From Thermoanaerobaculia bacterium (GTDB lineage: Bacteria > Acidobacteriota > Thermoanaerobaculia > UBA5066), in NCBI GenBank assembly GCA_035542215.1, contig DATKLW010000082.1:1733-65732 (forward strand): 64,000 nucleotides of DNA, written 5' to 3'. A program made the translations under genes and the position numbers. The notes beneath the pieces are model-generated. The model saw only the letters and a program-made list of their open reading frames with translations, had not been told where the DNA came from and made no database searches. Shown here one piece after another: positions 27,812-39,659 of this stretch; the first letter of the stretch is position 1, and every line of letters starts with the position of its first letter.

Positions 27812-29468
27812 GCGTCTCGCGGCCGTCTTTCTTGCGCTCCTCCTCGGCGCCGTTCCGGCACTCGGACAGGCGACGTTCCAGGTCGTCAACGGAGACGCGG
27901 CCGGCGTCGGCCTGAACGACCCGACGCCCGTGTCGCCGGTCGGCGGCAACACGGCGACGACGCTCGGCGGACAGCGGATGGCCGCTCTGCAGTACGGGCT
28001 CTCGCTCTGGTCGAGCCGCGTCAACAGCTCTCTTCCCATCCGGGTGCAAGCCTCCTTCTCGACGGACGGCTCGCTCACCTGCAGCGCCACCCAGGCGGTC
28101 CTCGCCTCCACCGGCCCACAGGAGGTCGTGCGCGACGACCCGACGTTCCCTCAGCAGGGAGTCTGGTACTCGGGCGCGCTTGCCAACGAGCTCTCCGGCC
28201 AGGTCCAGACCACGATGCCGGAGATCGAAACGAGGTTCAACGGCAAGGTCGGCACGTCCGCGTGCCCGTTTCCGGGATCCTGGTATCTCGGCTTCGACGG
28301 CGCCGCCGGCTCCGGCCAGATCGACTTCGTCGCGATCGTGAGCCACGAGATCGCGCACGGCCTCGGGTTCCTGACGTTCGTCGACCGGACCGGCGCCGAG
28401 CTCGCGGACGACACGGGGCCGTTTCCCGACGCCTTCGAGGAGCGGCTCTTCGATCTCTCGTCCGGTCTCGCGTGGCCCGCGATGACGGACGCGCAGCGCG
28501 CCTCGTCCTCGCTCAATACGGGGAACCTCGTCTGGACCGGACCGCAGGTCGAGGCGAAATCGGGTCTCTTCTCGGCCGGCGTTGCGGCGGGGGGCCGGAT
28601 GAAGATGTACGCCCCGGCCACGTATACGAACGGCTCTTCGGTCTCGCACTGGGATTCGTCCCTCAGCCCGTACGAAGCGCTCGAGCCGTTCTACAGGTCC
28701 GGAGTCCACACCCTCATCATCACGGGCCAGGCGCTCGCCGACACCGGCTGGACCCTCGCCGGGTCGGCGCCGTCGACGTCGTGGATCCTGCCTTCCTCCG
28801 TGCACGCGCCCGGAATCGGCGGAGCCTTCTACACGACGACGCTCACGGTCGCGAACACGGGCACGACGTCCGCCGCCGTGACGCTCAAGTTCCTCGGCCA
28901 CGACCAGGACGGCACGAACGGCCCGACCGCGACGCAGACGCTTCTCCCGGGTGCGTCCGTGACGTACCCGGACGTCCTCGCGGAACTGTTCGGCGCCCCG
29001 AGCGGGGCCTACGGCGCGATCCTGATCACGGCTCAGACGACGTCCCTGAACGTCGTCGCCGAGAACTCCACGCCGAATCCGGGCGGCGCCGGCACGTTCG
29101 GACAGAGCGTGCCCGCGCTCGCGGCCGCCGACCTCGTCACGAACAGCTCGGGCCGGACGATCGTGGCCGTCACGGACGACGCGAACTTCCGCACGAACCT
29201 CGTCCTCGCGAACGCGACCTCGACTCCCGTCACGGTGTCCCTCGCGCTCCTCGATGCGGGCGGAGCGACCCTCGGCACGTCGAGCGCGTCTCTCCTGCCT
29301 TTCGAGATGACGCAGATCGGCGCCGTCGGCCGGACGATCGCGGGAGGTTCGAACGTCACGAACGCGACGCTCGTCCTCACGACGGCGACGTCCGGCGGCT
29401 CCTTCGCCGCCTACGCGAGCGTCATCGACAACGGCACGAACGACCCGCGGACGCTGCTCGCGCGCTGA
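27801..29468 (+). CDS. Secreted zinc-metalloprotease-like protein with a C-terminal beta-rich domain
   Basis: Signal peptide (AVFLALLLGAVPALGQA), an HEIAHGLGF zinc-binding-type motif and a downstream SVSHWD motif. A ~230-aa Thr/Ala/Asn-rich, predicted beta-sandwich region follows. Confidence 0.7.
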   Translation: MRSERLAAVFLALLLGAVPALGQATFQVVNGDAAGVGLNDPTPVSPVGGNTATTLGGQRMAALQYGLSLWSSRVNSSLPIRVQASFSTDGSLTCSATQAVLASTGPQEVVRDDPTFPQQGVWYSGALANELSGQVQTTMPEIETRFNGKVGTSACPFPGSWYLGFDGAAGSGQIDFVAIVSHEIAHGLGFLTFVDRTGAELADDTGPFPDAFEERLFDLSSGLAWPAMTDAQRASSSLNTGNLVWTGPQVEAKSGLFSAGVAAGGRMKMYAPATYTNGSSVSHWDSSLSPYEALEPFYRSGVHTLIITGQALADTGWTLAGSAPSTSWILPSSVHAPGIGGAFYTTTLTVANTGTTSAAVTLKFLGHDQDGTNGPTATQTLLPGASVTYPDVLAELFGAPSGAYGAILITAQTTSLNVVAENSTPNPGGAGTFGQSVPALAAADLVTNSSGRTIVAVTDDANFRTNLVLANATSTPVTVSLALLDAGGATLGTSSASLLPFEMTQIGAVGRTIAGGSNVTNATLVLTTATSGGSFAAYASVIDNGTNDPRTLLAR

Positions 29469-29483
29469 GAGGCCCTCTCCGCA

Positions 29484-31049
29484 TCACCCGCGGCTGCGCA
29501 TCAGGTTGAACTTCGCGAGCTCGGCGTACGTGAGCGTCGAGTCGAGGTCCTCGCGCGCGATCCGGAGGTTCTGGACGAGGCCCTCGAGGACGAGCTCCAT
29601 GAGGAACGCGCGCTCGTAGTGGTCGCGCGGCTTCGCGTGCTTGAGGACGAAGTCGGCGAGGCCCGCGACGGACTCGAGCGTCTTGAGGTGCTCGGAGAAC
29701 GGCGTCTGGTCGGAGAGGACGATCTTCTTCCCGTCCGCGAACCACGCCGCGATCGCGTCGTACGGGCCCGGCGGGGGCGCCGGGGCGCGCCGCCCTTCGG
29801 CCCGCTCGAGCGCGGTCGGGCCGCCACCCTCGTCCTCGTCGAGGTCGGCGCGCGGCCGGCGGGGGCGCTCGGCGCGGCCACGCGGCCCCTCCACCGGCGG
29901 GAACTGCGCCTCGAACAGGTTCTTGACGGCGTCGCCGATGAGCTTCTTGGCGACGATCTCGGCGCCCTGCTGCTCGCCCTCGAAGACCATCTCGACCTTG
30001 CCCGTGATCGCGGGAAGCGTCGCGAAGAGGTCCACGAGGCGCGGCGCGACGACGCTCTCGCCCGTCCGGAGAGCCCGCCGCTCGAGGTTCGAGATGAGGA
30101 GCTCGCGCGCGGCGATCGGGAGGCGGGCCGAGACGCCCGAGGACTGGTCGACGAGCTCGCTCTTCCGCGCGACGAAGGCGATCTCCTCGACGAGGAGCTT
30201 CACCTCTTCGCCGAGCAGGACCGTGACGCCGTGGAGCGTCCGGTCCGTCCACGCCTCCTGGTCCGTGATCGCGGACGCGGTCTTCGGGTCCTGCGGATAG
30301 TGCGTGAGGATCTGAGAGGCGATGCGGTCCTTGAGCGGCGTGATGATGTTCCCGCGGTTCGTGTAGTCCTCGGGGTTCGCGCTGAACACCATGAGGACGT
30401 CGAGCGGGATGCGCAGCGGGAAGCCGCGGATCTGAAGGTCGCGCTCCTCGAGGATGTTCAGGAGGCCGACCTGGATGCGCGGCTGCAGGTCCGGCAGCTC
30501 GTTGATCGCGAAGATGCCGCGGTTCGTGCGCGGGACGATCCCGTAGTGGATGACGTCCTCGTCCGCGAACGTCTTCTTGAGCGTCGCGGCCTTCACGGGG
30601 TCGACGTCGCCGATGAGGTCCGCGATCGTGACGTCCGGCGTCGCGAGCTTCTCGCGGTAGCGCGCGTCGCGGGGGAGCCATGCGACGGGGAGGTCGTCCC
30701 CGGACGAGGCCGCCATCCGCCGCCCGTACGCCGTGAACGGCGCGAACGGCGACTCGTTCAGCTCGGAGCCCGCGATCACGGGGATCTCCTCGTCGAGGAG
30801 GTTCACGAGGGCGCGCAGGATGCGCGTCTTCGCCTGGCCGCGCAGGCCGAGGAGGATGACGTCGTGCTTCGCGAGGATCGCATTCTGGAGCGCCGGGATC
30901 ACGGTCTTCTCGTACCCGAGGATCCCGGGAAAGACGTTCTCGCCCGCCTTCAGCTTCGCGATCAGGTTGTCGCGGATCTCGTCCTTGACCGTCTTCGGTC
31001 CGTAGCCGGCCGCGACGAGCTCTCCGAGGGTCGTGGGGCGATCGGTCAT
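29484..31049 (-). CDS. AAA+ ATPase, Mg-chelatase ChlI/BchI-like (COG1239-type)
   Basis: 521 aa. Walker A is LLGLRGQAKTR, with a Walker B/sensor region GIFAINELPDLQPRIQVGLLNILEERD, followed by an acidic linker and a helical C-terminal domain. Confidence 0.75.
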   Translation of the reverse strand: MTDRPTTLGELVAAGYGPKTVKDEIRDNLIAKLKAGENVFPGILGYEKTVIPALQNAILAKHDVILLGLRGQAKTRILRALVNLLDEEIPVIAGSELNESPFAPFTAYGRRMAASSGDDLPVAWLPRDARYREKLATPDVTIADLIGDVDPVKAATLKKTFADEDVIHYGIVPRTNRGIFAINELPDLQPRIQVGLLNILEERDLQIRGFPLRIPLDVLMVFSANPEDYTNRGNIITPLKDRIASQILTHYPQDPKTASAITDQEAWTDRTLHGVTVLLGEEVKLLVEEIAFVARKSELVDQSSGVSARLPIAARELLISNLERRALRTGESVVAPRLVDLFATLPAITGKVEMVFEGEQQGAEIVAKKLIGDAVKNLFEAQFPPVEGPRGRAERPRRPRADLDEDEGGGPTALERAEGRRAPAPPPGPYDAIAAWFADGKKIVLSDQTPFSEHLKTLESVAGLADFVLKHAKPRDHYERAFLMELVLEGLVQNLRIAREDLDSTLTYAELAKFNLMRSRG

Positions 31050-31116
31050 GAAACTCCCTTGCTGGAGCTTACGGGATTCGGGCTGACCGGACCGGTCAGT
31101 GCTGGTTGCGGCCCAG

Positions 31117-31635
31117 TCACCCGGCCTGGAAGTCGCGCACGAGGTCGCCCGGCGGCACGACGGGGACGTGCGCGAGCGAGCGTCCGGCCGCGAGGCGCGA
31201 CCCGAGCGCCTCCATCTTCGCCTTCGACCAGCCCGCGAAGATTTCTTCGATCATGCCGTCGGGAGAAATGAGGACCAGGTGAGGAACCGCCTCCACTTGA
31301 AAGGCGTTCGAGGCCGCGAATCCGGGCTCCGGATCCATGACGAGATCGAACGTCGCCTTGCCCCATTCTTCGAAGAACCTCCGACTCTCTTCGATTCCGT
31401 TCTGCGAGACGCCGACGACGCGCACCGCGGTCCCGCCGTAAGCGGCGTGCAGGCGCTGGAGGTACGGCCACGTGAGGCGGCAGGTCGGACAGCTCGTCTT
31501 GAAGAACGCGAGGAGGAGCGGCAGGCCGTTGGCGGCTTCGAGGAGGCCGGCCGTCGTGGCCGTCCCGCCTTCGAGAGACGCGAAGACGGCGGCGGGAGCG
31601 GGGCTTCCGGGAGCGGGCGCGGAGGCGACACCCAT
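31117..31635 (-). CDS. Thioredoxin-fold protein (TlpA/AhpC-TSA-like) with a CPTC active site
   Basis: LLLAFFKTSCPTCRLTWPYL... followed by a conserved VVGVS and AVPHLVLISPDG (cis-Pro region). No obvious signal peptide. Confidence 0.75.
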   Translation of the reverse strand: MGVASAPAPGSPAPAAVFASLEGGTATTAGLLEAANGLPLLLAFFKTSCPTCRLTWPYLQRLHAAYGGTAVRVVGVSQNGIEESRRFFEEWGKATFDLVMDPEPGFAASNAFQVEAVPHLVLISPDGMIEEIFAGWSKAKMEALGSRLAAGRSLAHVPVVPPGDLVRDFQAG

Positions 31636-31655
31636 GCCAGAGTGTAAACCGGGCC

Positions 31656-32078
31656 TCAGTTGCCGGTGACGGGCGCGGGCTCTCCGCCCCCCGCCGGCGT
31701 GGCGGCGGCCGGCGCCGCCTCGGCGACGCGGAAGGAGATTGCCCGGGCGCCCTCGGCCATCGCGAGATAGCGCACCGTCACATGGTCCTTCGCCTTCAGG
31801 TTCTCGAGCGGAACCGTCTTTTTTCCCCGCGTGACCGGGACCTCGGGCGCGACGCCGACAGCGACGGTCTGCCGCGCGGGCGGCTGCCCCTTCATCCGCG
31901 TGGTCTTGACGGACTCGCGGATCAGGACGAGGCGCGTCGCGAGATCGACCCAGACGATCTCGCCCACGATCGTGTGCGACTCACCGGCGGGGACCGCCGA
32001 CACGGCCGGCTCCGCGCCTGCCGGGGTCGCGATGGGGGCCTCGGCGAGGATGAGCAGAAAGAGGACGATACCCGACAC
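31656..32078 (-). CDS. Small secreted hypothetical protein
   Basis: Hydrophobic N-terminus (SGIVLFLLILAEAPIATPAGA) then a ~100-aa beta-rich domain. The start is uncertain. GTG 32078 is preferred because the 39 upstream codons of the track ORF have visibly lower third-position GC. Confidence 0.5.
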   Translation of the reverse strand: MSGIVLFLLILAEAPIATPAGAEPAVSAVPAGESHTIVGEIVWVDLATRLVLIRESVKTTRMKGQPPARQTVAVGVAPEVPVTRGKKTVPLENLKAKDHVTVRYLAMAEGARAISFRVAEAAPAAATPAGGGEPAPVTGN

Positions 32079-32090
32079 GCCCCTGGACGC

Positions 32091-32106
32091 TGCATGACAC
32101 GTGCCG
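32091..32106 (-). promoter_or_regulatory. Candidate sigma-54 (-24/-12) promoter
   Basis: The minus strand reads CGGCAC-GTGTC-ATGCA, against the consensus TGGCAC-N5-TTGCA. It lies directly downstream of an NtrC-family activator gene and upstream of the 31656-32078 ORF. Confidence 0.4.
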
Positions 32107-32228
32107 GGCCGGAGAGAGACCCGGGGAGGACGGATTCCGGCCCGTTTGGCCTTCGGGAGGGTCGTCCGGGACGCGGGAAGGCGTCCGGGATGCACGATTC
32201 GGGGCGTCCGGCCTCCCCGGATCAGGTC

Positions 32229-33620
32229 TCAGCCGGGCTTCTTGAGGCCGAACTTTTCGAGCCGGTATTGCAGCGTCCGGTACGTCAGCCCGAGCAGGCG
32301 CGCGGCCTTCGCGATGACCCAGCCGGACTTCTCCATGGCCTGGACGATGAGCTGCCGTTCGAACTCCTCGATGTCGATCCCGTCGGCGGGGATGTCGAAC
32401 CCGTACGGGCGCGCCGCCGGCGCCGTGTTGAGCCGGACCTCGGACGGAAGATCCGCGGGCGTCACGATGTTCCCCTCGCAGAGGAGGACCGCGCGCTCGA
32501 CCACGCTCTCGAGCTGGCGCACGTTGCCGGGCCAGCCGTGCCTCGCGAGGAGCTCCATCGCCTCGGGCGACACGCTCGTCACGGAGGTCCCGTGCGAGGC
32601 GTTCGCTTTCTCGAGGAAACGGAGCACGAGGGCGCGGACGTCCGACGAGCGTTCGCGCAGCGGGGGCAGCTCGACCGGGATCACGTTCAGGCGGTAGAAG
32701 AGGTCCTCGCGGAACTGGCCCGCCTTCATCATCGCCGTGAGGTCGCGGTTCGTCGCGGCGACGACGCGCACGTCGACGGGGATCGTCTCGTTCCCGCCGA
32801 CGCGCTTGACTTCCTTTTCCTGCAGCGCGCGCAGGATCTTGCCCTGAAGGGGAAGCGTGAGGTCCCCGATCTCGTCGAGGAACAGCGTCGAGCCGCTCGC
32901 CGCCTCGAAAAGGCCGATCTTGCGCGAGTCGGCGCCCGTGAAGGAGCCCCTTTCGTGTCCGAAGAGCTCGCTCTCGAGCAGGTTCTCGGGGATCGCGGCG
33001 CAGTTCAGCGCCAGGAAGGGCCGTGCAGACCGGTTCGACCGCGAGTGAACCGCGCGTGCGACGAGCTCCTTGCCCGTGCCGGACTCGCCGTGGATGAGGA
33101 CGGTCGAGTTCGTTGGCGCGATTTTCTCGACGAGGCGGAAGAGGTCGCGCATCGCGGCGCTTTCCCCGACGATCGCCTCGAGGCCGTCGCTCTTGAGGCG
33201 CCGTTCGAGACGCAGCGTCTTTTCCGCGAGCCGGAACGCCTCGAGGGCGCGCTCGACCCGGAAGAGGAGCTCGTCGGCGACGACGGGTTTGGACATGTAA
33301 TCGAACGCGCCGAGGTGGTGGGCCTCGCGCGCGCGCTCGACGGAGCCGTGGGCCGTGACGAGGATGACCTTCGGAGGGAGCGGGTTGTCCGCGGAGGAGC
33401 TCAGGCTCTTCACGACGTCCATTCCCGTGAGGCCCGGCATCTTGAGATCCGTCAGGACGACCTCGGGCCGGATCTCCGCGGCTTTCGCGAGCGCCTCGCG
33501 GCCGTCCGCCGCGGCCGCGACGCGGTAACCCTCGTCCTCGAGGATGACGGTCAGCGACTCGCGCTGGTGCTTTTCGTCGTCGACGACGAGGAGCGTCGCT
33601 TTCGGTTCCTTCGAGGTCAC
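32229..33620 (-). CDS. Sigma-54-dependent response regulator (NtrC family: REC + AAA+ + HTH)
   Basis: REC domain ([10 protein letters not shown]...DLKMPG), Walker [15 protein letters not shown] (a GAFTGA variant) and a C-terminal Fis-type HTH ([22 protein letters not shown]). Confidence 0.92.
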   Translation of the reverse strand: MTSKEPKATLLVVDDEKHQRESLTVILEDEGYRVAAAADGREALAKAAEIRPEVVLTDLKMPGLTGMDVVKSLSSSADNPLPPKVILVTAHGSVERAREAHHLGAFDYMSKPVVADELLFRVERALEAFRLAEKTLRLERRLKSDGLEAIVGESAAMRDLFRLVEKIAPTNSTVLIHGESGTGKELVARAVHSRSNRSARPFLALNCAAIPENLLESELFGHERGSFTGADSRKIGLFEAASGSTLFLDEIGDLTLPLQGKILRALQEKEVKRVGGNETIPVDVRVVAATNRDLTAMMKAGQFREDLFYRLNVIPVELPPLRERSSDVRALVLRFLEKANASHGTSVTSVSPEAMELLARHGWPGNVRQLESVVERAVLLCEGNIVTPADLPSEVRLNTAPAARPYGFDIPADGIDIEEFERQLIVQAMEKSGWVIAKAARLLGLTYRTLQYRLEKFGLKKPG

Positions 33621-33636
33621 GGGGTGGAGATTACCC

Positions 33637-35085
33637 TCAGGCGGCCACGGGGAGCGAGATGCGGAAGACGGCGCCCGGCCTTCCGTCCGTCCGGTTCTCT
33701 CCGGTCACGCGCCCGCCGTGCTCCTCGGCGATCCGTTTGACCATCGCGAGTCCGAGGCCGACGCCGCCCTCTTTCTTCGAGAAGTAGGGATCGAAAAGGC
33801 GCGGGAGGTCGCTCTCGTCGAGGCCCGGGCCCTCGTCCGTGACGGTCAGAACGAGGCGGCGGCCGGCGTCCTCGGGGCCGTTCTCGGGCGCGACGCAGAC
33901 GGAGAGCGTCCCGCCGTGGCGCTCCATGGCCTGGATCCCGTTCTGGACGAGGTTCCAGACGGACGACTTCAGGAGATTCCCGTCCGCCGTCACGTTCGGC
34001 CGGGCGGACGGGAGCTGCACGTCGAACTTCACGCGTGCGCGCTCGGCGGTTTCCGCGAGGTCCGCGAGGGTGCGCGCGACGATGGCCGCGAGGTCCGTCG
34101 GTGCGAGCGTGAGCTGGAGGGGCCGGCCGTACGCGAGGAAGTTGTTGATGAGCGACGCGAGGCGGGTGATCTCCTGGCGGAGGGCCTCGATCCGGCCGCC
34201 GTATTCGGCGACGGCGGCGGGGTCGGCCGGCGCGTGCCGGCGTTTCAGGACGTCGAGGCCGAGCGAAAGCGCGTTGAGCGGGTTCTTGATCTCGTGCGCG
34301 AGCCCCGAGGCGAGGTGGCCGATCTCCGCGCGCTTCTCGGCGGCCGCAAGGCGCAGCTCGAGCTCCTGCCGTTCCCGGAGCTTCTCCGTCATCCGGTTGA
34401 ACGTCGAGGCGAGCCGGCCGATCTCGTCGTCGCGGTCGACCGGGACCGTGACGTCGAGCCGCCCCTCGGCGACTCTCGCCGCGCCGTCCGCGAGGTCGTC
34501 GAGGGGGCGCGTCGCGTTGCGCGTGATCACGAGCATGACGGCGAGGCCGAGCGCGAAGACGCCGAGGAGGGCGAAGAGGCGCCTCCGGAAGTTGTCCTCG
34601 AGCTGGGCGCGGATGTTCTCGAGGTTGTACGCGATCTCGACGTGGCCGCGCAGCCGGCCTTCGACGACGATCGGGACCGTGAGGTTCCGGTTCGTGGGTC
34701 CCGACCCGATCACACCGGAGATCACGATGTCCTTCGGCCCGTCCTTGCGCGCGCGGCGCCGCGCGGACGGCGTCGGCTCGAAGAGAGGCTTGCCGTTCTC
34801 GTCCGTCACCTTGATGTCCCTCAGGCCCCGCGCGCCGAGGGCGGCCGTGTAGTCCTCGAGGACCTTCGGGTCCTTCCAGCCCTCCGGACCGATCTGCGTC
34901 TGGCCGACCTCGATCGCCTTCGCGATCGCCTGGTACGACGCGTCGGCCTCGTCGAGGGTCTCGTTGCGCGTCTGGAAATACACGAGCGTCTGCGCGACCG
35001 CGGCGAGGACGAGGATCCCCGCCCACGTGAGGCCCAGCCGGGTCGAGAGCCGCAGGCCGCCGAAGCCTTCGGGTGCCGCCATCAT
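33637..35085 (-). CDS. Sensor histidine kinase (periplasmic sensor + HAMP + HisKA + HATPase_c)
   Basis: Start re-set to the ATG at 35085 (MMAAPEG...), which overlaps the LysE stop (ATGA). Two TM helices, HAMP (RPLDDLADGAARVAEGRLDV), H-box HEIKNPLNAL, and N/G boxes (NLVQNGIQAM, DEGPGL, GVGLGLA). Confidence 0.9.
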   Translation of the reverse strand: MMAAPEGFGGLRLSTRLGLTWAGILVLAAVAQTLVYFQTRNETLDEADASYQAIAKAIEVGQTQIGPEGWKDPKVLEDYTAALGARGLRDIKVTDENGKPLFEPTPSARRRARKDGPKDIVISGVIGSGPTNRNLTVPIVVEGRLRGHVEIAYNLENIRAQLEDNFRRRLFALLGVFALGLAVMLVITRNATRPLDDLADGAARVAEGRLDVTVPVDRDDEIGRLASTFNRMTEKLRERQELELRLAAAEKRAEIGHLASGLAHEIKNPLNALSLGLDVLKRRHAPADPAAVAEYGGRIEALRQEITRLASLINNFLAYGRPLQLTLAPTDLAAIVARTLADLAETAERARVKFDVQLPSARPNVTADGNLLKSSVWNLVQNGIQAMERHGGTLSVCVAPENGPEDAGRRLVLTVTDEGPGLDESDLPRLFDPYFSKKEGGVGLGLAMVKRIAEEHGGRVTGENRTDGRPGAVFRISLPVAA

Positions 35086-35750
35086 TTCACCGCGAACGAG
35101 CGCCACGTGAAGAAAACCCCGAACGCGACGAGGAGAACGCCCGCGAGGATCGTGGAGCGGGACACCCATGCGCCCGCCCGGACCTTCCAGTGGTTCACGA
35201 GCTCGATGAGGGTCGTGAACCACGCGAAGACGCCGATGCCGACGCCGAGCGCGAAGCCGAGCGCCGAGGGCATGGACGGCACGTAGAGGCGGTGGCCGAC
35301 GAGAAAGGAGATCAGGATCGTCCAGTTCACGAAGATCGCCGGGTTCGCGGCGCCCTGCAGGAGGCCCGTCAGGACCGGCAGGCGGAAGCGGCCGGGCGGC
35401 GCGGCGGGCGCGGAGACCTCGCCGGAGACCGGCGCCTCCGCGAGCGCGAGCCGGTCGCGGCGGCGGTCCACGACGAGGAGCTTCAGGCCGTAGCCGACGA
35501 GAAAGACCGAAAGAGTCGCGCGGACCCAGACGTTCGTCACGACTTTCTCGAGGATCCAGCCGAGGCCGAGGCCGATGAGGAGGCAGACGAGCGCGTCGAT
35601 CGCCGAGCCGCCGGCCGCGACGCGGTACGCCTCGCGATGCCGTCCCAGCAGGCTCTTGCGCAGGCACGTCACGTTCAGCGGACCCGGAGGGATGGCTCCG
35701 AAGAACCCCGCGAGGAACCCGATCAGGAGCGCAAGCGGAAACTCCGCCAC
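35082..35750 (-). CDS. LysE-family amino-acid exporter
   Basis: The GTG at 35750 gives VAEFPLALLIGFLAGFFGAIPPGPLN, the typical LysE N-terminus. About six hydrophobic helices. The upstream part of the track ORF was rejected. Confidence 0.75.
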   Translation of the reverse strand: MAEFPLALLIGFLAGFFGAIPPGPLNVTCLRKSLLGRHREAYRVAAGGSAIDALVCLLIGLGLGWILEKVVTNVWVRATLSVFLVGYGLKLLVVDRRRDRLALAEAPVSGEVSAPAAPPGRFRLPVLTGLLQGAANPAIFVNWTILISFLVGHRLYVPSMPSALGFALGVGIGVFAWFTTLIELVNHWKVRAGAWVSRSTILAGVLLVAFGVFFTWRSFAVK

Positions 35751-36355
35751 GGGGCGGTATCGTCTCACGGCGATTGCGGCGCCCGGCGTCGAGGCGTACA
35801 TTGGCGCCGTGAGACGGCTTCTCGCTGCGTCGTTCCTCGCGGTCCTCCTCGCCGGGCTGTCCGGCGCCGCGCAGGATCCGATCGAGTTCGAACCGAAGGT
35901 CGGCGCGAGCAACACGCGCATCACGATCCGGGGGAACGTGCCCGAGGGAGCGCAGGTCCTGATCGGCGGCAGGCCCGTGAGCCTCGTCGAGGAGGCGAGG
36001 GGGATCTACAGCTTCCTGGTCCCGCCCTCGGTGACGGGGACGGCGTTCATCGAGATCTCGAAGGGCGGCAAGGCCGTCGCGAAGAGCGCCGTGCCCTTCG
36101 TCGTGTCCGGCCCCTCGGTGGCGATCGTTCCGAAGCTCGTCGGCCTCAAGGAAGCGATCGACGTCTTCGGCTACTCGGACCCGAAGCCGGAGGGCGGCGG
36201 CAAGCCGGAGCCGAAGGCGCGCCCGATTCTGAAGTTCGACGAGGACGAGGTCCTGACGATCGGCGAGCCCGCGCCGTTGCGGCTCGGGCCGGCCGTCGAC
36301 CTCGGCGATCTCTCGACCGCCGGCAAGACCGGGATGAGCGGGACCGGCCTCCTGA

Positions 36356-38976
<2,621 letters not shown>

Positions 38977-38982
38977 GGCGTC

Positions 38983-39011
38983 AAGGTAGGGGACTGCGGG
39001 AGCCTTGTCAA
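38983..39011 (-). promoter_or_regulatory. Candidate sigma-70 promoter of the metY leader
   Basis: The minus strand reads TTGACA (39011-39006), a 17-nt spacer, then TACCTT (38988-38983). Confidence 0.4.
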
Positions 39012-39048
39012 GCGCCCGAAATGCCGACACGTGATTTTCACAACGTCG

Positions 39049-39076
39049 AAAAAGAAAAAAGGCCCCTCGAGGGGCC
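39049..39076 (-). terminator. Rho-independent terminator of the RRM-protein gene
   Basis: The minus strand reads GGCCCCTCGAGGGGCC followed by TTTTTTCTTTTT, 37 nt downstream of the stop at 39113. Confidence 0.8.
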
Positions 39077-39112
39077 TGAAAGTCCTTCAACAGGAAAACG
39101 GAAGGGCGAGGC

Positions 39113-39424
39113 TCAGTAGCGCTCGCGGCCGTAGCCGCCGCCGCCACCGCCGCCGTAGCCGCGGCCGGCGCCGCCGCTGCGCGGCTCCTGCGGACGCGCC
39201 TCGTTAACGCGCAGCGAGCGGCCGTCGAGCTCCTGCCCGTTGAGCCCGCTCATGGCCTTCTGCGCGTCCCCGTCGGCCATCTCGACGAAGCCGAAGCCCT
39301 TCGACTGGCCCGTCTCGCGGTCCGAGATGACGCGGGCCGACTCGACGGCCCCGTAAGCCTCGAACGTGGAGCGGAGGATGTTGTCGTTGACGGAATAGGG
39401 GAGGTTTCCAACGTAGAGCTTCAT
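39113..39424 (-). CDS. RRM-type RNA-binding protein with a Gly/Arg-rich tail
   Basis: The ATG at 39424 gives MKLYVGNLPYSV (RNP2) and KGFGFVEM (RNP1). The tail is RSGGAGRGYGGGGGGGYGRERY. The upstream 43 codons of the track ORF were rejected. Confidence 0.9.
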   Translation of the reverse strand: MKLYVGNLPYSVNDNILRSTFEAYGAVESARVISDRETGQSKGFGFVEMADGDAQKAMSGLNGQELDGRSLRVNEARPQEPRSGGAGRGYGGGGGGGYGRERY

Positions 39425-39659
39425 GAGAACGAGTCCTATTCTTATTTTCCGTTCGGATACGGTGATGCGGACCGCGTGAGCGGCCAGCGGTGGGGAAGAT
39501 GGTGGAGAGGTTTCGGCGGCGGCGGATCCTTGCTGGTGCTCTTCGGTCCCCACCGCCGGTCAGGACTGGGGGACGAACGCGAATATGACAGCATCGGCCG
39601 AATCGAAAGTCAAATCGATCGCCCGTTCCGAAAGGCGCTCCCTTGGATAGGATCGGTGA

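Noticed and set aside
29484-31049. Annotating the AAA+ ATPase as a sigma-54 activator
   Set aside because: It lacks the GAFTGA loop, a REC or sensor N-terminus and a C-terminal HTH. The sequence fits the ChlI/MoxR-like chelatase-type ATPases better.
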